64,000 nt of DNA from Octopus vulgaris (lineage: Eukaryota), in NCBI GenBank assembly GCA_951406725.2, contig OX597837.1:13144001-13208000 (forward strand), read 5' to 3'. The position numbers and the translations under genes are program-made. Within the stretch, counting starts at the first letter, position 1. Each line of letters begins with the position of its first letter. The notes under the pieces were generated by a model. The model made no database searches, was not told the DNA's origin, and saw only the letters and a list, made by a program, of their open reading frames with translations. Below are positions 11,726 through 24,295 of this stretch, one piece after another.

Positions 11726-11996
11726 GACTCCTCAGTATATCCAGGTTTCTGTGGCCAGGAGGTATTTATATTTTTTTGGATTTTAATTATTTCTGTGGGA
11801 AGTTTTGGAACATAACACCCGCGACAGTCGAGCGATTATTGTATACTCATTGATTTTTTTCTCTTGTAGATACTCATTGATGTTATTAAAAATATTACGA
11901 ATACTCATTAGCTTAAAGCAAAATATTGTGAATACCCATTCCTCCCTTATTTTGATATTGTTCACATTCAGTGTCTTGTTTTGTTTCTTTATCCAG

Positions 11997-12009
11997 GCTC
12001 ACCCAGAAC
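11997..12009 (+). CDS. CCDC87: CCDC87-like 13-nt microexon
   Basis: ttgtttctttatccag|GCTCACCCAGAAC|gtgagt; phase 1 to 2, gives GSPRT across junctions. Confidence 0.6.
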
Positions 12010-12810
12010 GTGAGTATTCCTTTTCTCATTTTTTCCTAACGGAATGGGATCAAAGATGACTGGAAAAGTAGACGAGGTGGCAATGACTTTATCTTTTACT
12101 TGTTTCAGTTTTTAGATTGTGGCCATGCTGGGGCACTGCCTTGAAGAATTTTTAGTCAATCAGCCTTGTAGTTATTCTATCTGTCTCTTTTTCCAAACCA
12201 CCAAGTTCTTCATGTCTCGTTCAATGTGAATATACTTTAGAAAGCTTTAAATACAGACACGTAGTGCTAAGGAAACCACAGAAGTATCTGAATAGCAGAT
12301 GGAAGGTCTCCAGCAGAGGCAGTGGAGTTACTAAGCCAGCATTTCTGTGTCTTTGCACATCATCAATAACAAGTATCCACCACCAAATGTTTGCAACACA
12401 AGTGATTTTCCTTAATCCCTGTTTTTCTGTATCTGCACGAGTGAAATCAGTCTAAGCATAGTGTAACCATGTTAAGGAACATATGGCTAGTCCATGTTAC
12501 TCTGCAGGTAGCATAAGGCTAGTTTCCTGGTTTCTCTGGTGTATATGTTCTTCCTTGGACAGGATGCTGGTCTGTCACAGGATTCCTCATTTTCGCCAGC
12601 TGAGTGGACAGGAGCATTGTGAAGTGAAGTGTTTTGCTCAAGAACACAATGCATTGCCCGGTCCAGGAATTGAAACCACAATCTTACAATCATGAATCCA
12701 ATGCCCTAACCCCTAAGCTATGTACCTCCACTAAATAATATATATACAGAATACTATTCACAATCAACATGTTTATTCCTGATTAATATTCTTTTCTTTC
12801 CTCCTTCTAG

Positions 12811-12877
12811 TCCTGCTGCTCTTAGTAAAAGGTCAACTGCTGCAACTAGTGGTGTCTATGGACCTGAACGCTCTTCA
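12811..12877 (+). CDS. CCDC87: CCDC87-like exon
   Basis: long pyrimidine tract ...ccttctag|T CCT GCT ... TCT TCA|gtaaga; phase 2 to 0. Confidence 0.7.
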
Positions 12878-13341
12878 GTAAGACTCTTTTTTTGTTGCTG
12901 TGTGTATGTTTTTTTTTCTTTTAGTGTTTTGTTGACTTCACAGAATCATTGGACCATTAAAAGAACCACTAACAAGCTTGTTCTTGGAGAGGAAAATTAA
13001 TTTTTGTCTAACAAATCTAGGAAAATAAGAAATTGAATTGTTATTGTTGTACGATAGAATAATGCAGTCATGGACAAAGGACAGCCCCCAAAAAACTTTC
13101 TGAACAGCACACCTAACAAAATAACCTTAATAACCATAATATTTCTAACAAATTTTGGCTGAAGGCCAGCAATTTTGAGGGGCAGGGGAAGTCAATGACA
13201 GCAACTCCAGCGCTCAATTGGTACTTGTTTTATTGACTCTAAAATGATGACAGGCAAAGTTGATCTCGAGGGGCATTAGGACTTGGAAAGTAGAGTTGGA
13301 AGAAATGCTACTGAGAACTTTCTAATCAACAAGTCGTCATT

Positions 13342-13376
<35 letters not shown>

Positions 13377-13512
13377 GGTGAATTCTACTTCAGGAGTCAT
13401 AATAATAACCAAAAAAGAAAAAAATAACAAAAAAAGTAATGATGATAATATGTTTTCAAAAAGTTGTAATAATCTCTTATTCTCTCTTTTCTTCTTCTAA
13501 TATCTGATCTAG

Positions 13513-13644
13513 GCTCCTGCCATAGATGAAGGCTTAGCACAGAGAATGAGTGACGTCTGGCAAGCTCTTGAAATGCCAGATGACCGCAGAAGTAAAATGG
13601 CTTTAAGATACAGCACCAATGAACAATATCGCAGTTTACCTAAG
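13513..13644 (+). CDS. CCDC87: CCDC87-like exon
   Basis: ctag|GCT ... CCT AAG|gtcagt; QRMSDVWQALEMPDDRRSKMALRYS resembles CCDC87 LERLWSMLEVPDKDRLDMAIKYS. Confidence 0.88.
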
Positions 13645-14204
13645 GTCAGTAAATTCTTGGAAATGCAAAAAAAAAAAAAAGAAGAAGAAAGAAAGAACTA
13701 AGAATAATTATTTCAAATTTTGGCACAAAGCTAGTGAGTTTGAGAGAAGGTGGGAAGGGAACTACATTGACCCCTGTGTCCAACTGGTACTTATTTTATC
13801 TATCAGCCCCAAAAGGATGAAAGGCAAAAGTCGACCTTGATGTAATTAGAACTCAGAGCATAAAGAGTCTGAAGAAATACCACTTAGCATTTTGGGCAAC
13901 ACTAACAATTCCACCTTCTTGCTGCCTTAATAATAATTCTAACAGGTTTTGGCTCAAGGCCGACAATTTTGAGGGAAAGGGGAAGTTAATTACATCGACA
14001 CCAGTGCTCAACTGGTACTTGCTTTATTGACCCCGAAAGGATGAAAGGCAAAGTTGGCCTCAGTGACGTCTAATAATAATAATAATAATGGGTTTTGATT
14101 TCGGCACATGGCCAGCAGTTTTAAAGGGAAGGGGCACACATACCTGCATGCAGTAAAACTTACATATTTATTTCCTTTTTTTATTTTCTCTCCTCCGCTT
14201 CAAG

Positions 14205-14319
14205 ATGCTCACTGACTGGGAAAAGGTTGTCAATCAAATCATAGAGAGAGAGATCATCCTTTCACAACTGGAAGCTTTTGAGAGATATGCTTCAGACCCC
14301 AACAGGTTCTTTGTTAGAG
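14205..14319 (+). CDS. CCDC87: CCDC87-like exon
   Basis: ttcaag|ATG ... AGA G|gtaagc; WEKVVNQIIEREIILSQLEAFERYASDPNRFF matches the CCDC87 C-terminal ASxPNRFF motif. Confidence 0.92.
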
Positions 14320-15149
14320 GTAAGCAACCGTATTGTGGAACAAACCAGTTCTCTTTTCTTTGTTTGCTTCATATATACATACATGCATATATACATACCT
14401 ACATACCTACATACATACATACATACATACATACATACATACATACATACATACGTACGAGGCCCCGCTTGCTATACATACATACATACATACATACATA
14501 CATACATACATACATACATACATACATACATACATACATACACACATACACATACATACACACATACATACATACATGCATACATGCATGCATACATACA
14601 TACATACATACATACATACATACATACATACATACATACACACATACATACATGCATACATACATGCATACATGCATACATACATGCTCACACACACACA
14701 CACACACACACAGATACATATTACAACTCCATCTGGCTCGAATCTGTCTGTGTTATCATAGTTATAGATAAAATGTATAAATGTTGCCAGCCACTACACA
14801 TTCTTTATTTTCTCTCCTTGTTTCTTTCTGTGTTCCTTTCTGCAGAAGAGCGTAAGCTCGAAATGTTAAAGACTTTTTCACTTCCTGAGCGTTAAACTAA
14901 TACATCTGTTTATCGTCTACACAATAAACAATAAGTAGAGTGGGTGTGAAAGGCTGGATCTGGCATGTTTGAACATAAAACATAGGATATTAGTGTCAGA
15001 TATGGCTGGTTTAAATGTTGAAGAGTTAAAGGGAAAGACTGTTGTCATCATTTCCAAATGACAGGGATGGCTGTTGTAGTTTCTAAAATAAAAGAGTAAT
15101 TGTAATTAATGCCTGATATGCGTGGTCCATTTTTAAGTTCCTAATGTAA

Positions 15150-15322
15150 GGCACAGGAGTGGCTGTGTGGTAAGTAGCTTGCCTACCAACCACATGGTTC
15201 CGGGTTCAGTCCCACTGCGTGGCACCTTGCACAAGTGTTTTCTACTATAGCCTCGGGCTGACCAAAGCCTTGTGAGTGGATTTGGTAGATGGAAACTGAA
15301 AGAAGCCCGTCGTATATATGTG

Positions 15323-15360
<38 letters not shown>

Positions 15361-15580
15361 CGTGTATGTTTGTGTCTGTGTCTGTCCCCCTAGCATTGCT
15401 TGACAACCGATGCTGGTGTGTTTATGTCCCCATCACTTAGCGGTTCGGCAAAAAGAGACCGATAGAATAAGTACTGGGATTACGAAGAATAAGTCCCGGG
15501 GTCGAGTTGCTCGACTAAAGGCAGTGCTCCAGCATGGCCGCAGTCAAATGACTGAAACAAGTAAAAGAGAGTAAAAGAGT
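15150..15580 (+). mobile_element. Full-length SINE with internal (TA)(TG) tract and GTAAAAGA tail
   Basis: Same two-part structure at 18385-18760 and 33604-34285 (+) and 56925-57297 (-). Confidence 0.85.
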
Positions 15581-15697
15581 AAAGGGAAAGTTAAATGAGG
15601 AGGGAGCTATTGCAGATTCTTAGGTAAAAGAGGGAGTTATTGAATGGCAAAAGAAAATACCTGTAGAAAACAAGGAATTAATGAAGTACATTTGTTA

Positions 15698-16681
15698 CCC
15701 TTTTGGTGCCATATTTCTCTGTAAAACACCACCTTTGCTTCAGTTAATTCTTGAACTGGTGAAGAATTTGTCAAAGGAACTTTTAAAATCAAATCAAATC
15801 AAATCAAATTTATTGGCAGAAGAGTACAATGAGCTTAAGCCATGTAAAAAAAAATAAAAACCAGTTATTGTTTGTTTTTTTTTTTCATCTGGTGTTTGGG
15901 ACATAAATTATTATGAAATTTTGATGACAGGTCTTAATTGGGATCTCTTACCCTTTCATTACCAACCCGGCTGAAACCGACTCTGGCTCTGTAGTACAAA
16001 AGTTTTGTTTTCATAAGTTTTGAATTAAAATCTTCTACCAAACCTAAGTCACAATTTATGTTTCTAACACTAGTTGAATGATAACTAAGTTATTTTACTA
16101 AATTCTTTGTTATATTTAAAGTAACTGACAGAAACACAGAGCATCTCATCATCATCATCATCATCATCATCATTTAACATCCGCTTTCCATGCTAGCATG
16201 GGTTGGACGGTTCAACTGGGGTCTGGGGAGCCCGAAGGCTGCACCAGGCCAGTCAGATCTGGCAGTGTTTCTACAGCTGGATGCCCTTCCTAACGCCAAC
16301 CACTCCGAGAGTGTAGTGGGTGATTTTATGTGCCACCGACACAGGTGCCAGACGAGGCTGGCGAACGGCCACGCTCGGATGGTGTTTTTTATGTGCCACC
16401 GACACAGGTGCCAGACGAGGCTGGCGAACGGCCACGATCGGATGGTGTTTGTTACGTGCCCACAGCACGGAGGCCAGTCAATGCGGTACTGGCTACGGCC
16501 ACGTTCGGATGGTTTTCTTGTGTGCCACCGGCACTGGTACCACAAGGATACAAATTCCATTGATGTTCATCTATTTTGATTTGGTTTGATCTCAAAATAA
16601 ATACAGTAACAAAAGGGTTAAAACTTAAAGTTTTTAATTGCAGAACCAGAGGCAGTCTCAAGCAGACTGGTACCAAAAGGG
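15698..16681. mobile_element. Nested insertions: SINE inside MITE inside MITE
   Basis: Outer CCCTTTTGGT...ACCAAAAGGG|TTAA; inner MITE 15951-16617; SINE 16149-16588 flanked by ATCTCA duplication. Confidence 0.7.
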
Positions 16682-16723
16682 TTAAGTTTTCATTCCAAGA
16701 CTGTTGTTCTTTTCTTTCTTCAG

Positions 16724-16785
16724 TGGCAGGTGGAAGTGGAGCCATGAGGCTAAGAGAAGCAAGGGAGCGCAGCTTGCTCTATAAG
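16724..16785 (+). CDS. CCDC87: CCDC87-like exon
   Basis: ctttcttcag|TG GCA ... TAT AAG|gtaagt; VAGGSGAMRLREARERSLLYK; phase 1 to 0. Confidence 0.85.
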
Positions 16786-17129
16786 GTAAGTTCCCTGGAA
16801 ATCTTCCCTCAAGAAGTTAGGGTTTATTCTTTGTTTGTGATTGGAAAGGAAACGTTTGCAGTTGAGGAATAACAACAGTGGGATCCGGTGACGGTCAGTT
16901 ACGTGTTATTGGGGCCAAGTCAATAAATATTTGAAGAACTGAGTTATAATTGGGGCTTTGGCTCTGATTGATTAAAAGTTGAAGACCTCATCATCAAATG
17001 GGCATGACACATTTTGATGGAGCTGTTTTGGTGCCATTTATTTGGTGCCACTCTTCCAATACCAACCTCTTTGACATCAGCTGTTTTAATGGTTCTCTCA
17101 TTTTCTCACTCTTTCTTTCTCTCTCTCTT

Positions 17130-17176
<47 letters not shown>

Positions 17177-18074
17177 GTATATGTGTGTGAACATCTAGTT
17201 ATACTTGTATGTATGTGTAATCTCTCTCTGTCTCTCTGTTTATGTGTGTGACTATCTAATTTTGTTTGTATGTTTGTTATTATGTAATGTCTCTTTCTCT
17301 CTCTCTCTTTCAATATCTCTCTCTCTTTCAATCTCTCTCTCTCTCTCTTTCAATATCTCTCTCTCTTTCAATATATCTCTCTCTTTCAATATCTCTCTCT
17401 CTTTCAATATCTCTCTCTCTCAATCTCTCTCTCTCTCTCTTGAAGTGTCTTTCTCTCTCTTTCAATATCTCTCTCTCTCAATCTCTCTCTCTCTCTCTTG
17501 AAGTGTCTCTCTCTCTCTTTCAATATCTCTCTCTCTCACTCTGTTTCACTCTCACTTCATCTGCATATGCATATTTCTGTACATGCATGTATGTGCACAA
17601 GCATGTGTGTGTGCGTGAGAGAGAGAGAGAGGTGTGTGTGTGTAAGAGAGAATGTGTGTATGTGAGAGTGTGTGTGTGTGAGAGAGATAGTGTGTGTGTG
17701 AGAGATAGTGTGTGTGTGTGTGGTGGCCTCTCATACCAAACCCTGTTGTCACCCAAACAGGTTGAATGTCCAGTCTGTTGTGTCAAATGGTCAGTGTCCA
17801 AACAGCCATGCCCCATTTGTCTCACTCCAGCCTCAAATACAGTTGGCCATTTCATATTGAGGGAGGATATGGCCATTGCCATACTGTCCACGTTAAGTGT
17901 CCTTCAATGGCTACAGTTGAATACGGGGGTCAGTGTAATTGACCTTAGCCCCCTCCCCATAAATTGCTGGCCTTGTGCCAACATTTCAAACCAATCCAAC
18001 TACATTTGTTTTATCTTTGGTTTATTATTTTATCTTTTATTTAGTATTTTGTTTTTTCCTTTTCATATTTGCAG

Positions 18075-18155
18075 AAAATTGATGAAATAGAGGCAAAGCT
18101 TATTCCTAGTATAAAACAGGTTACCAAGAAATACAAGGAAACTGTCACCTTTCAG
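18075..18155 (+). CDS. CCDC87: CCDC87-like exon
   Basis: tttgcag|AAA ATT ... TTT CAG|gtaact; KIDEIEAKLIPSIKQVTKKYKETVTFQ. Confidence 0.88.
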
Positions 18156-19652
18156 GTAACTATAACCCTCCCCACCCCACTAACACACACACACATTTTG
18201 AGTTACCTTTGAGACTTAAGAGATACAATTTTGATAAGTTTTGGTGCTATTGATATTGTCATCATTCTTGTTATCATTATTGTTGTTATTTTCGTGCTTG
18301 TTGTTGTTGTTTACTCATTATTACTCAGATATAATGTATCCAGTGAAACTTACTTTTTTTTTAAAGTAATTCAAAGAAGATTTAGCTTGTTTACCAACCA
18401 CATGGTTCTGGGTTCAGTCCCACTGCGTGGCACCTTGGGCAAGTGTCTTCTACTATAGCCTCGGGCCGACCAAAGCCTTATGAGTGGATTTGGTAGACAG
18501 AAACTGAAAGAAGCCCGTCGTATATATGTGTATATATTTATATGCATGTGTGTGTTTGTGTGTCTGTGTTTTTACCCCCTAGCATTGCTTGACAACCGAT
18601 GCTGGTGTGTTTATATCCCCGTTACTTAGTGGTTCGGCAAAAGAGACTGGTAGAATAAGTACTGGGCTTACAAAAAGAATAAGTCCCGGGGTCGAGTTGC
18701 TCAATTAAAAGGCGGTGCTCCAGCATGGCCACGGTCAGATGACTGAAACAAGTAAAAGAGTAATTCAAAGAGGATTTAGTTGCCATTTCTTGCAAGTCAA
18801 GCGACCAGATATAGGCTTCCTCTAACAATAAGATGTATAGGATGACGGGAAAGTTGGATGAATATGAAGAGTAGCCATTCATTTTTAATTCACCATCTGT
18901 TTATTGTTAAAAGTGTGTTTAAGACATGATTGGTCCAAAGGCAAAAAAGGAAAAAAGCAGAGTAATGTCAGAAAGTTTTGTCCATAGTAATAGTATGTGT
19001 TAAAGGGGAGGTAACAATATTCCTGTGAAAACAGTGACTGTGCTAGTGTTAGCATTGACCAGTCTTTTCACAGTTCAGCATTCTGACCATGCTGAATACA
19101 AGAATTTGCCCGCTGTTTTACTTTGCTGCTTGCATTGCTAAGCCCCTGACTTTTATACTGTTTTTCCCCTCTCTGTAAATCTAATCCCCTTTTATGTGCT
19201 CCAGGACAAACCAGATTGGATACATTTGTGATGACATCATCATTTGAAAATCCAAGAGATTTTTACATATAATTTGATTGGCCAGCTTTTTGTTGATGTC
19301 ATTACTGATGTCATTACTCAATCCTTCATAACTCTGGCTGCCATTTTCAAACGGATGAAATAAATATCAGAGACGCTTTGCCCCCACATAGAAACTTGGG
19401 GAGCTGCTCTGAAGTATTGCAAGGGCTTCTTATGAATCCTTCACAACGTTAGGGACCCTCCTATATCACCAGAAGGTATTTCAGTGTCACAAGCACTTCA
19501 CCCATTAGCCTCTAAGATTCACCTGAGAGGGGCAGTGAGGACTGAATTGGTTTTCACCTGCAGAAGGGTTCCACCTGTGGTCTCTTGTCAACAACAAGTC
19601 CAGTGTTCAAATCTATGTATCAACCTGCTACAGATGTAACACTTGAAGCCTC

Positions 19653-19683
<31 letters not shown>

Positions 19684-19750
19684 GGTGGTGGTGGTAGTAG
19701 TAGTAGTAGTAGTGGTGGTGGTGGTGGTAGTAGTGGTGGTGGTGGTGGTG

Positions 19751-19790
<40 letters not shown>

Positions 19791-20215
19791 AATCGATGTT
19801 GTTGGTGTGCTTGTTACTGCTGCTGCTGTTGTTGTTAAGCAACAAGACAGATAAGGGTGATTAGGTGATGGTCTAGGGCTTAGGGGAGGGAGACCCCAGA
19901 CCTTGGGGGAGAAAACAAAACTTTGGTCGTCTTGTTGTAGTCAAGGGCTCTCGAAGTCGCTGGAAATAGAGATCTCCAGGTCCAAATTCTTGGACAGCTT
20001 CTGCTGCCCTCTGTTGTCTTTCCATTTACTTCAAATCCTCCAACTGCCATCTTTACTTTCCATTTATTCATTCATTAACTTATAAAAATAACACTGGTCA
20101 TCTACTTGGCCAACCAACATTTATTTTTCCCCCGACATAATGTCTGATCTTGCACCGAAATTTAGAAATCCTCATTTAATCCCTCGTTCTTCTTATTTTC
20201 TTGCCAACCTCAAAG

Positions 20216-20431
20216 AATCGTCCGTACCTAGAAAAAATGAAGTATGACCGCGTCGAGATGCTGTATTATTTGCAAGAAGAACGTAAAGTCAACGCCATAC
20301 ACTATGAAGCTTCACGTCTGGGCATCTCTCTAGCGACTAAATATCTGGACCTGGAGAGCTTACTCTCAAAGCCCGTGGAAGAAGAGAGTCCATCAGCGCT
20401 TCGGACAGCAAGTGCTGAAGTGAATGGTTAA
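20216..20431 (+). CDS. CCDC87: CCDC87-like terminal coding exon
   Basis: caaag|AAT CGT CCG; RPYLEKMKYDRVEMLYYLQEERKV matches CCDC87 RPYLDKMKSDKVEMLYWLQ; stop TAA. Confidence 0.92.
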   Translation, partial: NRPYLEKMKYDRVEMLYYLQEERKVNAIHYEASRLGISLATKYLDLESLLSKPVEEESPSALRTASAEVNG

Positions 20432-20968
20432 TTCAGGAAGGAGACCAGGGTTTTACTAGAATGTAATCTGTAGGTTTTGAGGAGTTTTTGGTTATAATTC
20501 TTCATCTGTTTGAAAGCCAAATAATATAGAAACTACTACGAAAGTAACAACAGCTGTAACTGCATTGGTTTTTAGATGAAGCTTGTTTGTGTGTGTGAAT
20601 ATGTATGAGAGGGTTCATAAGATTAAGAGGGTATGAGTAGGGGAGGGCATGATATGGAAAGGGGTACATGTAGGCATCACAAATTCTAGGCACATTTATT
20701 GTACCGAGGATCTGTGAATGTATGTATGTATGTATGAATGTATGTATGAATGCATGTATGTATGTATGAATGTATGTATGTATGAATGTATGTATGTATG
20801 AATAAATGTATGTATGTATGTATGCATGCATGTATGTATGTTTGTATGTATGTATATCATTATTCAGTTTTATTTCAAGATTTCTTGTCAATAGAGAAAG
20901 AGCTGGTTTCTAACCTAGATCTTAGGCTCCTTCATTGGAATTTCAACATCGACAACAGAGTATTTTTG

Positions 20969-21002
<34 letters not shown>

Positions 21003-21469
21003 TGTATGTATGTATGTATGTATGTATGTATGTGCGTGTGTGTATGTATGTGTGCAGATTTGTATGTTTTGTTTTATATATGTGTTCTTATGCATATAGT
21101 TGCATATATAGACACACTGTATGTATGTAATTATGCATGTATGTATGTATGTATTTTTGTATGTATGTATATATGTAGATATACATATATTCATGCATAT
21201 ATAAGTATTGTGTGTGTGTGTGTGTGTGCACACGCATAAAATTGTGTATAAACCCACAGACCCATAAGAATGCCCTATGTAAAAACTTTTGTTGACATAT
21301 ATAAATAAATATATACACACAAATATATGTGTTTTCATACAAGCCATATATAAGCACACCATATTCACAGACACAGATAAACACCCACGTAGAGAGAGAC
21401 ACACTCTCTCTCATACACATACACACATATACGAATATATATGTGTGTGGTATAATATATGTATATGTA

Positions 21470-21514
<45 letters not shown>

Positions 21515-21906
21515 ACGCGATAAACACACATACACACATATACGAATATATATGTGTGTGGTATAATATATGTATATGTATGTGTGTGTGTGTGTATATA
21601 TATATATATACACACATACACGCATATACACACGATAAACACACACACACACACACACAGACACCTTATACATGCATACATACAGACCCATAGCCATATA
21701 CTCAAATACTGTCCCCACACAATGCTTATATACATCACCATACAGACACAAAGTTATATGTCTCCAAATTAGCAATACTAAGGAAATTTAATGATAATGA
21801 TGAATAGTTTATAATTAAGAATATCAAAAATTTATTATTAAAACATCATTAAGAAATACAAAATGATATTTGTTTTCATTTAATATGTTTATCCTTTTTA
21901 AAAATG

Positions 21907-21990
<84 letters not shown>

Positions 21991-21993
21991 CAT

Positions 21994-22032
<39 letters not shown>

Positions 22033-22140
22033 CACACATATATATCATCATCATCATCATCGTCTAACATCCGCTTTCCATGCTAGCATGGGTCGGATGA
22101 TTTGACCCAGGACTGGCAAACCAGATGTCTGCACCAGGCT

Positions 22141-22184
<44 letters not shown>

Positions 22185-22468
22185 GTATAAGTTAGAGGTC
22201 TTAAACCCTCTAAGGGATAAATGTATCCAAAGGCACTCCCGGTAATTACCTCAGTAAATATAATCCTTGGTATAAGGTATATGGCAGCAAGTAATTTAAC
22301 AGGTAAACCGTAGTTTAATTTATATAGATGATAAGAAAATGGAGGAAAAATAATAAGAAGAAGTGTGTCTTTTGCGCTAGGAAGCCATTATTTAACTAAT
22401 TAAATAATGGCTTCCTATAGCAAAAGACTCACTTCCTAATGTTATTTTTCCTCCATTTTCTTATCGTA

Positions 22469-22508
<40 letters not shown>

Positions 22509-22650
22509 GCATACATACATATATATACTCTTTACTCTTTTACTTGTTTCAGTCATTTTGCTGTAGAGTGTGTGAGAAATTTTCTTGTTAAGTGTGGGTG
22601 AGACACAGCACTTCTAGAACTCAGTTTCACTGATATATCTATATATATGC

Positions 22651-22684
<34 letters not shown>

Positions 22685-22699
22685 ATATATATCCTTCCC

Positions 22700-22841
<142 letters not shown>

Positions 22842-22854
22842 ATCTATCTATCTG

Positions 22855-22891
<37 letters not shown>

Positions 22892-23719
22892 AATTATCTA
22901 TCTGTCTATCTATCTATATACATATGTATGTGTCTGTGTATGCATGTGTATATAACAAGCAAAGTAGCTAGTTAAAAAATCTCTAGAAGAGATGAATGCA
23001 TCATTTATACTGAGAAGTAATGTCTAATGCCACCTAAACACAGGTGTTCCCTAGCAACCGATGAACATGCTATTTTAATGCCAGCTGGTTATTCAGTGCA
23101 CTCTGCACTTGATATATACGGCAAGCAGGGAGAGAACTCCCTACTATTTTAGTGGACAAGTATCCATCACTGAGGATGATTATAAGAGGTTGAAACCGTA
23201 TGGTCTGGTGGTCTTACAAGTCAATATTAACTTCCAGGATGATATTAGCAACTAATGGCTTTTTAAAAAATCAGGCAGCAGAGAGCTCCTCTTGTGGAAG
23301 CAGAATGACAGTTTAGTTTTCTTGTTCAGGGATACAATTGGCTCTTGCAACATTTGTAGGGTCTCACAGAAACAAGGGCAATAACTCTGCACTCCAAGCA
23401 AATAGGAAGAGATTTTGTTGATAATGCTCTACATTACATTCACTGGTGCTAGAGTTTCCAGATAAACAGGACAGGGATGTAGAGTTTTCCTTGTCACTGG
23501 ACCTGAAAGAGAACTTGTGTGGAATAAACCTTTTTGAAGTCATTGGCAGTAACCTGAGAATAGTATTGTGGGATACCATCGGACGAAGGGATGTTGTTCT
23601 ATCAAGTAATTCACCTTGAGACAGAAATCTTTAACCAATCAAGGGAAGCTACTCACAGTGACTCCCAGTTAATAGTAGTTAGCTGCTATAGTTATTAATA
23701 GTCCACTAAGAACCACCAT

Positions 23720-24295
23720 TCATCATCATCATTTAGCGTCCGCTTTCCATGCTAGCATGGGTTGGACGGTTCAACTGAGGTCTGGGAAGCCAGAAGGCTG
23801 TACCAGGCCCAGTCTGATCTGGCAGTGTTTCTACAGCTGGTTGCCCTTCCTAATGCCAACCACACCGTGAGTGTAGTGGGTGCTTTTTACGTGCCACCCA
23901 CACAGGTGCCAGACGGGGCTGGCAAACGGCCACGGATGGATGGTGCTTTTTACATGTCACCGGCACGGGGGCCAGGCAAGGCTGGCAACGGCCACGATCG
24001 GATGGTGCTTTTTACGTGCCACCAGCACGGGGGCCAGGCAAGGCTGGCAACGGCCACGATCGGATGGTGCTTTTTACGTGCCACCAGCACGGAGGCCAGT
24101 CGGGGCGGCACTGGCAACGGACACGGTTGGGTGGTGCTTTTTACGTGCCACCAGCACGGGGACCAGGTGAGGCTGGCAACGGCCATGATCGGATGGTGCT
24201 TTTTACGTGCCACTGGCACGGGGGCCAGTTGGGGTGGCGCTGGCAACAGACACGGTCGGGTGGTGCTTTTTACGTTCCACCGGCATGGGGGCCAG
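23720..24295 (-). mobile_element. (GAT)n-tailed SINE with about 7 internal ~60-bp tandem units
   Basis: GGTGCTTTTTACGTGCCACC recurs every ~60-70 bp from 23879 to 24280. Confidence 0.85.

Noticed and set aside
21420-21640. Local duplications in CA/TA-rich DNA (also 56137-56540 and 57840-58130)
   Set aside because: Ordinary slippage duplications in low-complexity sequence
23040-23700. Non-repetitive stretch with CxxC (GSCNICR), possible exon or LTR integrase relic
   Set aside because: Frames are interrupted and no convincing motif set was found
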